Shown here in pieces: positions 21,341 to 32,331 of a stretch of 64,000 bases of DNA. The notes under the pieces were generated by a model. The model was not told where the DNA came from and did no database searches. It saw only the letters and a list, made by a program, of their open reading frames with translations. The stretch comes from Candidatus Bathyarchaeota archaeon (GTDB lineage Archaea > Thermoproteota > Bathyarchaeia > Bathyarchaeales > Bathycorpusculaceae). The first letter of the stretch is position 1; every line of letters begins with the position of its first letter. Position numbers and translations under genes: made by a program. Location of the stretch: positions 800,001 to 864,000 of the forward strand of contig OY970340.1 in the NCBI GenBank assembly GCA_963717465.1, read 5' to 3'.

Positions 21341-22138
21341 TTGACTTGGCTAAAAGAAAAGTCACCATTCATCTTAATCTCGTTTGTTCTAGGCGTAATA
21401 ATGGTTTTGTTTATTTTAGTTCCAATTGTTGGGTCTTTAGCGAACTCTGCCACAGGAGTCTATTCAGCTCTTGAGAGCATACAGACAATAAACGCGATTT
21501 TTACCAGTTTTTACTGCGCGTTCTTAGCAACTTTGCTCATGCTGATATTAGGTGTTCCATTTGCTTACCTGTTTGTCCGCAAGAATTTCAGGGGAAAAAA
21601 AGCCCTTGACGGTCTAATCGATCTTCCAATACTTATACCGCATAACACTGCAGGCATAGCATTGTTAAGTGTTGTCGCGCCAACTTTTCCTATTGGCGCA
21701 GCATTCGCAGCTTTAGGAATAAGTTTCATTGACACAGCTTGGGGCATTGTAATTGCTATGGCGTTCGTTAGCGCCCCCTTCATGATTCGAAGCGCTCAGG
21801 AAGCGTTCATGGCTGTTGATCCATCAATGGAAAAAATTGGCAGAGGCTTAGGGGCGACAAATTTTAAGCTTTTTAGGCATGTAACTCTTCCTTTAGCTTT
21901 AAGAGGAATATTAACTGGTTGCGTTTTAACCTGGGCAAGAGCAGTTAGCGAATTCGGCGCCGTAATAATCCTCGCCTATTATCCAGCTACGGCCCCAATC
22001 TACGTTCAAGACGTATTTACCAGCCAAGGCTTAAATGCTGCCCTTCCAATAAATGCGCTTTTAATAGTTCTCGCCATCGTAATTCTCGTAATATTCAAAA
22101 TAGCGATTTCCAAGCCGAAAGAAGCAGGCTCAAGGTGA
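21341..22138 (+). CDS. wtpB: Tungstate/molybdate ABC transporter permease
   Basis: DLPILIPHNTAGIALL, FVSAPF, WARAVSEFGA. Confidence 0.92.
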   Translation: MTWLKEKSPFILISFVLGVIMVLFILVPIVGSLANSATGVYSALESIQTINAIFTSFYCAFLATLLMLILGVPFAYLFVRKNFRGKKALDGLIDLPILIPHNTAGIALLSVVAPTFPIGAAFAALGISFIDTAWGIVIAMAFVSAPFMIRSAQEAFMAVDPSMEKIGRGLGATNFKLFRHVTLPLALRGILTGCVLTWARAVSEFGAVIILAYYPATAPIYVQDVFTSQGLNAALPINALLIVLAIVILVIFKIAISKPKEAGSR

Positions 22139-23253
22139 AAGCAGTGAGGCTTAAATTAGAAAATGTAACCAAAGAGTGGCGTGGATTTGCCCTAAAAAAC
22201 ATCAACCTTACAGTTGGTTCAGGCGAATATTGTGTTCTTTTAGGACCAACAGGGGCAGGAAAAACAATGCTTCTGGAAATAATCATGGGGTTTAACAAGC
22301 CTGACATGGGCAAAGTGTTCCTTGATGATGTTGATATAACAGAGTTAGCGCCTGAGAACAGGAATATAGGTTACGTTCCGCAATCGTCAATACTTTTTCC
22401 GCATATGACAGTTCGAGAAAATATTTCATTTGGTTTAAAGATGCGCAATAATTTCTCTTTTAATTCAAAGAAGCGTAAAGCATCTCAAGATACCCAAAAA
22501 CAAGTCGTTGACCAAGTAATTGAATTAACAAAACTTAAATCATTAGAAAATCGATTACCGGCAACATTAAGCGGCGGAGAAAAACAAAAGGTAGCACTAG
22601 CAAGAGTACTAGCAATTGACCCTAAAATAATTCTGCTTGATGAACCGTTGGCCTCCATTGACACATCCACAGCACGTGAACTTAGAGCCGAGTTAAAAAG
22701 AATACATAGAGAACAGGGCAAAACTATAATTCACGTAACCCACAGTTTAGTTGAAGGGCTAGGTTTAGCTGATAAAGTGGCAATAATAAATGCTGGTGAA
22801 ATATCTCAAGTTGGTAAAGCAAAAGAGTTGTTTGCCAAACCCAACAATGAATTTGTAGCCAAATTTTTGGGTTACGAGAATATTTTCAAAGCCAAAATAA
22901 TTCATTCTGAGCAAGAATTTTCACTTCTTGACGTTCAAGGTTTACAGGTAAAAGTTTCGGGAAATATTCATGCTGCTGAAATGATTGCTGTGCGCCCAGA
23001 AGACATAACTGTTGAATTGTTCAAACCTAAGAATGCTAGCTTAAACATTTTCAGCGGAACCGTTGTTGAATGTGAAGATACTGGCCCTCTTGTTTTGGTA
23101 ACAGTGGATGCAGGATTAATGTTTAAAGCATCAATAAATCGAAACATGTTTATAGAAAAGGAATTCGAAGTTGGCAAGAAAGTCTGGTTATATTTTTCTC
23201 AAATTGCTATATTAGCAGGTTCAACAAAAGAATTGGAAAAAACTAAGGAATAA
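22135..23253 (+). CDS. wtpC: Tungstate/molybdate ABC transporter ATP-binding protein with TOBE domain
   Basis: GPTGAGKT, LSGGEKQ, LLDEP, C-terminal VRPEDI/TOBE region. Confidence 0.9.
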   Translation: MKAVRLKLENVTKEWRGFALKNINLTVGSGEYCVLLGPTGAGKTMLLEIIMGFNKPDMGKVFLDDVDITELAPENRNIGYVPQSSILFPHMTVRENISFGLKMRNNFSFNSKKRKASQDTQKQVVDQVIELTKLKSLENRLPATLSGGEKQKVALARVLAIDPKIILLDEPLASIDTSTARELRAELKRIHREQGKTIIHVTHSLVEGLGLADKVAIINAGEISQVGKAKELFAKPNNEFVAKFLGYENIFKAKIIHSEQEFSLLDVQGLQVKVSGNIHAAEMIAVRPEDITVELFKPKNASLNIFSGTVVECEDTGPLVLVTVDAGLMFKASINRNMFIEKEFEVGKKVWLYFSQIAILAGSTKELEKTKE

Positions 23254-23505
23254 TTGAAGAGAAAATAAGTTTATTTTAAGAATTCGTCCATGCCCCGCAT
23301 TATATTTTAAGATTTTCCACTACCTCCAACTGTAACTTTCGGGCAGTGGAATATGTATGATTGGGTAAACTCGGCATCGATAAGCTTTACATCTACATTT
23401 TCATATACCGTTATAGCTTAGTTAAGCAAGAGGCATATAACCCTCAACTATCTTTTTGTAAGTCGTATTACAAAAAATTTCGAGAAGATTTAATAAAACT
23501 ATAGG

Positions 23506-24060
23506 GTGTGTTCAATAACGAAAAATGTTAGTCGCAAATCTATTGTTATCATTCTAGTCGCTACTTTATTATTGGCCGTTTGTTTTGAGATCTATGCTCA
23601 CATTTACATAAAGATAGCTAACTTACCAGTAGTATCCTCTGCAGATGTTCTTAAGCTTCCTTACATAAGTAACGATACGTACATTTTATCAGCTAATGGA
23701 GCTGAATGGCTACTGGCTTTAAAGCAATTTAACGTAACATCTGAACCTGCAGGATTGGTGCTCTTCATCTTTAAAATAAAGCAGAACACAAATTTTTATA
23801 TCCAAAGTATTGATCTTATTCCCGAAAATCTTCAAGTAAATCTTGGAATTAAGGATTCCAGCTTTTCAACTAATTTGACACCTTACTATACACAAAATAG
23901 TAATTGTACAATTCAACCAGCAACATATACTTTTTCTCCAGGAACATATAATTGCACTTTCAATTTCAAATTTAAAATATATGAATCAACGCTGCTTGGA
24001 ATCTCAACTGTGAATGAAACCACGGTTCAATTCTATGAAACCAAAACGTATCCAATCTAA
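23506..24060 (+). CDS. Hypothetical membrane-anchored beta-rich protein
   Basis: 184-aa ORF with an N-terminal TM helix and several N-x-S/T sequons; no recognised family. Confidence 0.55.
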   Translation: MCSITKNVSRKSIVIILVATLLLAVCFEIYAHIYIKIANLPVVSSADVLKLPYISNDTYILSANGAEWLLALKQFNVTSEPAGLVLFIFKIKQNTNFYIQSIDLIPENLQVNLGIKDSSFSTNLTPYYTQNSNCTIQPATYTFSPGTYNCTFNFKFKIYESTLLGISTVNETTVQFYETKTYPI

Positions 24061-24351
24061 AGGATTCCCAAATCCCAAGAAAGGTGCCCTATATAGAAGG
24101 ATTAACAAAATCAGGTTTGGGTTTATACTGCAACTAATTTCTTAAAAGTTAATATTTTGTCCAGCAGGCACGATGGCTTATTGCACTATGCAATGGATTG
24201 CCCCGCGTGCGGTATTTTGAATATTACGGTATGAGCAAAATAATTCTGTGCGAAGAAATAATCAAAAAAGGAACCTTTATAGAAATAGGCACGAGTCTTC
24301 TTACGTGCTCACTATATTGTTTTTTTATAAATTATCAAATATACAGAATTA

Positions 24352-25161
24352 CTATAACACATTCAATGAACTTCCATAAAGCCAAAAAAATATTCCACAA
24401 CTAATAGATGCAATTATCGTTACAATTATTAAAGCATAGTCAGTTTTTGTCATATGCATAGTGCGCATATAAGTCCGCTCGTTTTTCAAACGAAACGCGC
24501 GGGTTTCAATGGCAACTGCAGAGTTACGTGCCATTAACAAATAGTTAATTAGCAAAGGCGTCAACACCGGAATTAAGTTTTTCATTCTTTGAAGTAAACT
24601 GCCTTTTTCTAATTCTAATCCTCGAGCAGTTTGAGCTAACAAGATCTCGTTAGCCTTATCTCGGATGTCAGGTATGAATCGAAGAGCAATGTTAACCATG
24701 AAGGCTAATTCGAATGGCACTTTGATCTTGCGTAACGAGACTAAAAAATCTCTTGGAGCTGTAGTTAAGCTGAAAATAGTCGTGGCAATTAGCAATGCAA
24801 TAAGTCTTACGCCTAATATTAGACCATGCACAACGCCGTCTAGACTGAATATTATGTAGTTTGCAAATATCGGTGAATTTGAGGGAACCGTAAGCAACGG
24901 GTAGAGTATTTTATAGGGATAAAAAATTCCCTGAACTATCGCAAGCAAAAAAATTAGATATGAAAAAAAACTAATGTATTTCCACAGTCGGCGCATTGGA
25001 ATTTTAGCAATAAAAGTCATGACTAAACAGACTATGATTATACCAAGCATCAGATACAGGTTTACATATATTATTGCCAGTGTGGATATGCATATTACAA
25101 TAAGTAGTTTGGTTAATGGGTCAAGCCTGTGAAAAAATGATTGGGAATCAGCAGTTGTCAT
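24352..25161 (-). CDS. ecfT: ECF transporter transmembrane T component
   Basis: FHRLDPLTKL, ALRFIP, AQTARG, AIETRAF (two X-R-X motifs). Confidence 0.92.
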   Translation of the reverse strand: MTTADSQSFFHRLDPLTKLLIVICISTLAIIYVNLYLMLGIIIVCLVMTFIAKIPMRRLWKYISFFSYLIFLLAIVQGIFYPYKILYPLLTVPSNSPIFANYIIFSLDGVVHGLILGVRLIALLIATTIFSLTTAPRDFLVSLRKIKVPFELAFMVNIALRFIPDIRDKANEILLAQTARGLELEKGSLLQRMKNLIPVLTPLLINYLLMARNSAVAIETRAFRLKNERTYMRTMHMTKTDYALIIVTIIASISCGIFFWLYGSSLNVL

Positions 25162-25172
25162 AGCAGTTACGG

Positions 25173-26847
25173 TTAACCTCTCCTTACCAGTATACTTTGT
25201 ATAAAGGTTGCCATTTCATCAACTGTCAAGATGGTTTTTGGGCATCCATATGCCCCAAACAAATCCGCTAACTCCATTATCGGCATACGCTTAAAATTTA
25301 TTTTAGCTAATAAGTCCCAATCGCCTAGGATTTCCTCAGTTTTGCCATCAGCTGCTATCTGGCCTTCCTGCATAACAATAATTCGTTTGCAGCAAACTGC
25401 CACGTGCATTATGTCATGGCTTATCAGTATCACAAGTTTGCCTGCATTGTTAAGTTGGCGTACCAAATTCATTATTTCCAGCCGTCGAGGATAATCCTGT
25501 CCAGTTGTAGGTTCATCTAAGATAATCGCATTTGGCTGCATAGCTAAGATAGACGCAATAGCCACTCCTTGGCGTTGACCTAAACTCAAACACCTAGGAT
25601 GAACCTCTTTGTACTTATCCAACTCAAGCGATTTTAACGCATCATCCACACGACTTTGAATCTCTGCTTCATCTAAGCCCATATTTCTCAGGCCGAAAGC
25701 AACCTCTTTGTTAACGCTGTCCGCAAACAGTTGATTATCAGGATTCTGAAATGCATAACCAATTTTGCGTCCAAGTTCAGCTATAGTAAAAGAAGAGTAA
25801 TCTTTGTCTTCCACAAGTACTCTCCCACTAGCTGGCCGAAACATGCCTGTTAAAAGTTTAGCTAAAGTCGTTTTCCCCGAGCCATTGTTACCTATTAATG
25901 CAACAAATTCACCATGGCTAAACGAGACTGAAACATCTCTTATTGCTGAAGTTCCATCCCTATACTTGTAGCAGATATTTTCCGCTTGAATAAAATTAGG
26001 CGTCCAATCGCCTCTTAATTAGTTCAAACAATTCTGAAGCGGAAGAAGGATTTCTATCTAAATCAAGGCCGTTGTCTCGAAGTTTCATAATCAACTGAGT
26101 TAATTGGGGCGGAATCAAGCCAAACTTTTTAAAAATATCCTTGTTTGAGAACACTTCTGAAGGTAAGCCATTTGCTTGTATTTGTCCATCATTTAATATA
26201 ATGATGCGACTTGCGCAATTGGCTAATAGGTCGATTTCGTGTGTTGCTAAGACTATAGTGGTTCCTTCCTGATTCAATTGCTTAATAAGGCTGATTATTC
26301 TATCGCTGCTTTCGGAATCGAGATTAGATGTTGGCTCATCCAAAAGCAGAATTTTCGGTTTCATTGCAAGCACAGAAGCGATAGCTACCAGTTGCTTCTG
26401 TCCTTCCGACAAATTAGTAGGCGACTTGTATCTTAACGAATTTAAATTAACTTTTGTCAAGATTTCATTCACGATGCGAATAATTTCATCTGAAGGGATG
26501 CACAAGTTTTCAGGACCAAATGCAATATCGTCTTCAACATTTTGGAAAAAAAGTTGCGTGTCTGGCTCTTGAAAAACTGTGCCGATGTGAGTTGCAATTT
26601 CTCCTATTTTAAGCATTTTAGAATCTAACCCGTCGATTAGAACATCGCCTTCAAGGTCACCATTAAAATAATGAGGAATAAGTCCATTCATCAACCGAAA
26701 CAGCGTAGTTTTGCCCGTGCCTGTTAAACCTATTAAGCCTACAAACTCGCCGTAACCAATTTCCAGATTTAAGTTTCGAAGAGTTGGCGTATTCAAAAGT
26801 GGATATGTATATGTGACATTTTTTAGCTCAATAGCTTGCACACTCAT
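25173..26847 (-). CDS. ecfA: ECF transporter ATPase(s): two ABC domains, probably one fused A-A' gene with a 1-nt indel near 26004
   Basis: Domain 1 GLTGTGKTT/LSEGQKQ/LLDEP (25996-26847). The domain 2 frame is open upstream of ATG 25844 and contains Walker A GNNGSGKTT, with no ATG/GTG/TTG start ahead of it. Confidence 0.85.
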
Positions 26848-26855
26848 CTACCTGA

Positions 26856-27371
26856 TCAGCTGACATCCAAAACTGCAACTTCATAAACCCATCTTTCTGA
26901 ATTAGGATCGCTTGATATAATAAGCCATAATGGTCCAAAGCCTGATGCTAACAATTCACCATTTTTCTCGTAAGCTAGTATCATGTTTGCATTGTTCTTT
27001 ATCTCACTGATCTGAAGAATGATATAGTATTTATCTGAAGCTAAAACTGTCACTGATGTTGCGTTGCTCGGGATGCCTGCTTGCTGAAGTAGATACCAAA
27101 GATTTATACCAGTAAAGTTGAAGGTTCCGTCATCCTGTGGTTTCGAGGTGGAAGCAACTGTAGCAGTTACAGATGTCGACGGGAGAATCATTACTTCGTT
27201 TAGGGTCAAATTTAGTGTTTGGTTAACATTGCCTGTTACCAGTAGGTTCCCTTCAGTTGTATTGTTAACTAGGTTAACTGGACTTTTGACTTGAACAAGA
27301 GAATAAAGTGGTATGGTGGCTATAATGAGTGCGATTAAGATTGCAATTACGAGTATGTGTCTTTTTTGCAT
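26856..27371 (-). CDS. Membrane-anchored Oxidored_molyb-like protein inside the ECF operon
   Basis: TM anchor; LLVTGNVNQTLNLTLNEV, FTGINLWYLLQQAG, ASDKY, ILAYEKNGELL, GPLWLII, RWVYEV. Confidence 0.8.
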   Translation of the reverse strand: MQKRHILVIAILIALIIATIPLYSLVQVKSPVNLVNNTTEGNLLVTGNVNQTLNLTLNEVMILPSTSVTATVASTSKPQDDGTFNFTGINLWYLLQQAGIPSNATSVTVLASDKYYIILQISEIKNNANMILAYEKNGELLASGFGPLWLIISSDPNSERWVYEVAVLDVS

Positions 27372-27381
27372 TTTCTTCCTC

Positions 27382-28002
27382 TCAACTTTGCTTTAAAACG
27401 TTGGAATACGCTGAAGGAGGTTTCTTCTTGGGTACTCCGATTCCTATTTTCCTGACCTCAATCAGCAACGCATTGGCTATTATTCCACCAATCCCTCCGA
27501 ATATCAAAGCTATTATTAAGGAAAAAAGCAACGGAATGGTTGGTAGACCTAAATATATAGTCGATACCAAGTAAGTGCCAACGAAGTTTGCTGCAGCTGA
27601 AGCCGCGAAACACCCTATCAAACCGAAGCGGTGTTCTTGTTTCACCAATAAATAGATAACGTAGATACAATCTACAGCTATTCCTGGAAGAAGATAAATG
27701 ACAAAAGAGAATACTCCGAAGTTGCCGAATGCAAATATGAGGCTAAGAAATGATTCAATTGCTGAAGTCAAGGTTGCTGCTCCTGGAATTCGTACGATAC
27801 CGATCGCAAGGACGGACCACATCATGTATATTCCGCCGGCGACAGCTCCAGTGGGTATGCTAAAAGGTCCTGTTACTAATTGCAGGGTTGGAGCAATAAT
27901 TTGTTTTGTACCCATATCTAAGCCAGCTAAAAGTGACATGGTGACTAGGTCAACGGTTGCGGTTCTTGCAAGTCCTCGCTTTTGAGTGTTCTTATTTTGC
28001 AT
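27382..28002 (-). CDS. ECF transporter substrate-specific S component
   Basis: 206 aa with ~6 TM helices, GGIYMMW..IVRIPGAATL, PGIAVD; first gene of an operon with ecfA and ecfT. Confidence 0.8.
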   Translation of the reverse strand: MQNKNTQKRGLARTATVDLVTMSLLAGLDMGTKQIIAPTLQLVTGPFSIPTGAVAGGIYMMWSVLAIGIVRIPGAATLTSAIESFLSLIFAFGNFGVFSFVIYLLPGIAVDCIYVIYLLVKQEHRFGLIGCFAASAAANFVGTYLVSTIYLGLPTIPLLFSLIIALIFGGIGGIIANALLIEVRKIGIGVPKKKPPSAYSNVLKQS

Positions 28003-28801
28003 GGGGAAACTCAGATATTACCCTGTCGTCACATCGGTTAATAAATAGTTTGGTTACTCATATGACCATCATATGCGCAAGCTGAAATAGCAAATTTGCC
28101 GAAATTATTCTTATCTTTGTTGGTTTCACACGTGTCTAAGCAGATGCTGACAAATAACCAATCAAAACCCAAAATTAAATAGGATTACTGACGAGCGCAA
28201 TAACCTGTACGCTACAAAAAGAAACCGAAAAAGTAATAACTGGAAACGAGCAAAAAGGCACATTTGCCTTTGAAGAAGGTGCAGACGCACAAAACAATAC
28301 ATTTTTAAAAAGCAAGCCACACAGGGTTTTCCACAAGTTCTCGGTTTGCAAGAAGCCTCAACAACCTAATTATCAAAAATGCCTATCCCATGATTGTTTA
28401 TCCCCTGCTGGTTAACATGGAAGGGCATCCTATGAAGACTTAACAGAACTAAACTTGCGATAAAGAAGTAAAGTATCTGAATTGGATTTCCATTTAATTT
28501 GTCTTTTGGACTGCATCTCACACCATCCACATTATTCAACTAAACAATATAATGAACTTTATTTTATGCAAAAATTTATTATCTAAAATTTAGATTTTAT
28601 TCGAGAAAACAAAATAGCTCTTTAATTCATAAAATATTTAAACTAAAAGTTAGAGAAAGCTATCATGTCCACCGTCTTAGCATAGGACAAACAAAGCAAG
28701 GTCTAAGGTTGACGTTTAATCCAAGACTTATCCATAAACCAAACCCAAAACATTTAGCATCTTGGATTAAAACAGGGTCAACTTTAGAAAAAAGAAAGGA
28801 G

Positions 28802-28945
28802 CTATCTTTGTATGTCTCGTTTAATTTCATGGAGTTCTTTCTTTATCTCAACAAGAGACTCTGATATTTTGGAGAGTGTTTCTTGCATATCAGCAAGCAC
28901 ATTAACAAATTGTCCTAGCGCTTGAGCTATGTCATCATCGGTCAT
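28802..28945 (-). CDS. Small hypothetical coiled-coil protein (47 aa, not in ORF track)
   Basis: Manual translation MTDDDIAQALGQFVNVLADMQETLSKISESLVEIKKELHEIKRDIQR with a heptad pattern. Confidence 0.5.
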   Translation of the reverse strand: MTDDDIAQALGQFVNVLADMQETLSKISESLVEIKKELHEIKRDIQR

Positions 28946-29232
28946 TTTTTTCTTCCCCAATTCTTGTTAAAATCAATCACAAGATAAATTTTGTGCTTTG
29001 TCTCAGCATCATATAGAAATTAAAGTCAATCACCCGAAAATTAACATGGATAATTAAAACCCTCTTTTTGTCACCCGTTTCTTAACGGCCATCACCTACA
29101 AAGTTAACAGAGCCCAACAACAAAAACTTCAATAAGCACGAAACAGCTGAAAAACCCTTAAACTGAAGCGACCCACTCTACAATTAAAAATCATAATAAC
29201 CAACAAAACAATCAACATGAAGGAGCTACAAA

Positions 29233-29895
29233 TTGTATTTTCTTGGGCATATGACATGGGCTTACGTTTTCGCAATGCTTGCGTGGGCTTTCATCCCAGG
29301 GATAAAAAAAACCGGAAAACTCTTTGTACCCGCAATCCTAATATTAGGCATTTTGCCTGATTCTGACCTTCTACTGGGCAGTCTCGGAATAGTTCATCGA
29401 ACCGTCACGCACTCATTTTTTCTCTGGATTCTCCTGTTCATCCCCGTCTTCTACTTTCTCCGCCTAAAAGGAATCCCCTACTTCATAGCCGTAGTCCAAC
29501 ACTTCGCCTTCGGCGACTTCATAATGGGCAAAGTCATGATGTTCTGGCCATTCTACACAAAATTTATAGGCTTAGGTTTCGGGATGCCTTCGCTGATGGA
29601 TACTGTAATGGAAATAGCTGGCTTGATATTAGCCGCAGGAATCATCATATACACAGGCGACCTGAAGCGACTTCTATCAGTCGACAAACGCAACCTCTAC
29701 ATGATTTTCCCATTACTTGCACTCGTGGTATCAGCCATATTTTTCATTTCACACATGACCCTAAACCCATTCATCCAATACGTCCTATCAAGCCAAATGC
29801 TCATAACCATGGCTATAGCCAACTTTATCCTACTCGGCTTCATAGCAGCCTCCACACTTCAAGGATTAAGAGCACTAATGCGCAGGAAAAACTAA
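29233..29895 (+). CDS. Membrane-bound metal-dependent hydrolase (YdjM-like)
   Basis: GH..., LPDSDL, HRTVTHS, QHFAFGD, FWPF. Confidence 0.8.
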   Translation: MYFLGHMTWAYVFAMLAWAFIPGIKKTGKLFVPAILILGILPDSDLLLGSLGIVHRTVTHSFFLWILLFIPVFYFLRLKGIPYFIAVVQHFAFGDFIMGKVMMFWPFYTKFIGLGFGMPSLMDTVMEIAGLILAAGIIIYTGDLKRLLSVDKRNLYMIFPLLALVVSAIFFISHMTLNPFIQYVLSSQMLITMAIANFILLGFIAASTLQGLRALMRRKN

Positions 29896-30255
29896 ACCTG
29901 AAAACCAGCTAATTCTAAACCATAACTCACTTTTCTGCCGAGCACACGTGCAAGAGATCGCCTGCGGCGATTCCTTTGGTTTTGGCTTTCAAAAAGCGCG
30001 CTATTTTGGCTTTTTCTGCCCCAAAATCGCTCAGTAACTGTATATTTTTTCTCATTCAACCAATAGCTAATTTTTCTTTAAACCTAAATGTTACCATATA
30101 GAGTAAAACAGATTGCTAAACTGTCAGTTCTCCATACAAGCCTCCTATGTTAGAAGAGGTTATTGCTATTTTGAAATGTGCTTCGGTTGCAACCAGCCGT
30201 CACAAAAGCATTTATAAACCGTGCCCTCAAATAGCGTCTTAGCGGTTGATTTATT

Positions 30256-31677
30256 GTGAAAATGACGCAAAAAGCTCTATTTCTCCTAATGTCCACTCTC
30301 CTTGTCGTATCTTTAAGTTCACAAGTTTACACTGCCTCATCCAGTTCTTCCTCAGTTGACGACTGGACCATGTTTCACCATGACCTCAGCCACACAGGAG
30401 CCTCCACATCAACTGGGCCAAGCACAAATAGCATTGCATGGAAATATGCAACAGGCGGTGGACAATCTTCTCCTGCAATAGCAAACGGAATGCTATACGT
30501 AGGTGCTGACAACGGCAACATCTATTGTCTGAATGCTGCAAACGGAGCTCTCATCTGGAACTACTCAACAGGGTCAGATCCCGTGGTGACTTCTCCCGCA
30601 GTCGATAATGGCATGGTCTACATAGAATCATATTCTGGAGTAGTCTACTGCCTGAATGCTACAAACGGCGCACTAATCTGGAAGGAAGGAGAAGAAGAAG
30701 GAGTAGGCACATTGTCTTCTCCAGTAGTCGCTAACGGCTTAATTTACTTACAGACTGGCAATTATGGCTGGCTCGATTGTCTGAATGCTACAAACGGCAC
30801 CTTGGTCTGGGGGTACCTAATTGGAATGGGCGTTTATGCTGATTCCACTCCAGCTATCTCCGATGGAAATTTATACGTTGGCATAGACCAAAATAACCTG
30901 GTCTTTTGCTTTAACGCCGCAAACGGCGACCAAATCTGGAACCGCACAATGGATGTTGCTGCGGACCCTTCTACTACAGTCGCCAGCGACACGGTGTACA
31001 AAGTAGCCAACGGAATACAATATTCTTTGGACGCTGTAGCGGGCGGAGGAGCGCTGAAAAATGGGATGTCTTCTCCTGCAGTCTTTAACGGTATGTTATA
31101 CATTGAAGGTGCCAACGGAGTAGTTTATTGTCTGAATGCTGCAAACGGAGCCTCCGTCTGGAACTATACAACCACTTATTCGGGTGGGGATTGGGAGTCT
31201 TCACCCGCAGTCGCTAACGGCATGGTCTATGTAGGTTCCGATGATAACAATGTCTATTGTTTGAGCGCTGCCAGTGGCTCTCTTGTCTGGAAGTACACAA
31301 CAGGAAATATTGTGATTTCATCTCCAGCGGTTGCAGACGGGATGGTGTACGTGGGCTCCGAGGACAACAATACCTATTGCTTGAATGCTGCAAACGGAGA
31401 CCTTGTCTGGAAGTACCAAACGGGTTCTGTGTGGTCTTCTCCCGCTATCGCTAACGGCTTGGCCTACATAAACGGCGGAGATGGGAACGTTTACGCATTC
31501 GGACCTCTAACAAATACAACATCAACTTCGTCCCCATCTGCAACTCCACCATCTTCAAGCGCCCCATCACCATATATCATGATTATAATTGTTGTAATCA
31601 TAGTCCTGGTGATTATCATATTGATAGCAATCTTTGCCCGCAGGAAATCCGCTAAAGAAAAAAAGACAGCCAAGTAA
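30256..31677 (+). CDS. PQQ-like beta-propeller (BamB-type repeat) surface protein
   Basis: Signal peptide, WTMFHHDLSHTG, repeated SSPAVANGMVYVGS.DNNVYCLNAANG.LVW, S/T/P linker, C-terminal TM and basic tail. Confidence 0.9.
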   Translation: MKMTQKALFLLMSTLLVVSLSSQVYTASSSSSSVDDWTMFHHDLSHTGASTSTGPSTNSIAWKYATGGGQSSPAIANGMLYVGADNGNIYCLNAANGALIWNYSTGSDPVVTSPAVDNGMVYIESYSGVVYCLNATNGALIWKEGEEEGVGTLSSPVVANGLIYLQTGNYGWLDCLNATNGTLVWGYLIGMGVYADSTPAISDGNLYVGIDQNNLVFCFNAANGDQIWNRTMDVAADPSTTVASDTVYKVANGIQYSLDAVAGGGALKNGMSSPAVFNGMLYIEGANGVVYCLNAANGASVWNYTTTYSGGDWESSPAVANGMVYVGSDDNNVYCLSAASGSLVWKYTTGNIVISSPAVADGMVYVGSEDNNTYCLNAANGDLVWKYQTGSVWSSPAIANGLAYINGGDGNVYAFGPLTNTTSTSSPSATPPSSSAPSPYIMIIIVVIIVLVIIILIAIFARRKSAKEKKTAK

Positions 31678-31983
31678 ATTAGAAATCGCACAAGATATAC
31701 ACGATCCATTGGCGTGTAAACATCAAAGTGACAATCCCTAACACTTAAACCTTTTTTTGCCTGTCAGTCTGTCTTAAATGTACTAAAAGGGAGCTATCCA
31801 AAGGTAGCGCGCGCGGAGGTTGTTAGGGATCTAGTGACTATGACTGGGTTCGTGTACTATTTAGACCTCGATTTCCACCCCGTCACCCAAATAGCGGAAA
31901 TATTCAAACACGTGCATGAGACGCCAACAATATACTAGGAACCAAAAAAAATCAGCAACTCCTTTTTTCATTCAATTCATTCT

Positions 31984-32202
31984 TTACTTAGCGGCTCGTT
32001 GTGTCGTCTGGCTGGATGAGCTAATTTTTAATGATTTATACTCCAAGCTAGCAAGGTAAATTCCCAGTCCCATAAGCACCAAACCAACAATGAGCGCTGC
32101 AATGCTGTACGGGCTTGATTCGCCTAGGAAAAGAATGGCAGTTAAAAAGGCAAAAAATATGCCTAAGCCTGAACCGAATAATATTACTCCCCCATATTTC
32201 AT
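31984..32202 (-). CDS. Small 2-TM hypothetical protein
   Basis: 72 aa, two hydrophobic helices, purine-rich upstream sequence. Confidence 0.55.
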   Translation of the reverse strand: MKYGGVILFGSGLGIFFAFLTAILFLGESSPYSIAALIVGLVLMGLGIYLASLEYKSLKISSSSQTTQRAAK

Positions 32203-32331
32203 TGCCTGCCTGCCCTGTTCTCATGCTGATTTATCCAGTTGTGAGGCTTTCTTAAAGATTTTGGCTATTGCTCGCCTTTGAAAGCCGGTCTCTTAGGCGC
32301 ACACTGACCCTTAAGCAAAATCGCTAATACT

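Noticed and set aside
29955..29975. Short palindrome ATCGCCTGCGGCGAT as a MITE/REP element
   Set aside because: Single copy in the window with no terminal repeats or target duplication seen.
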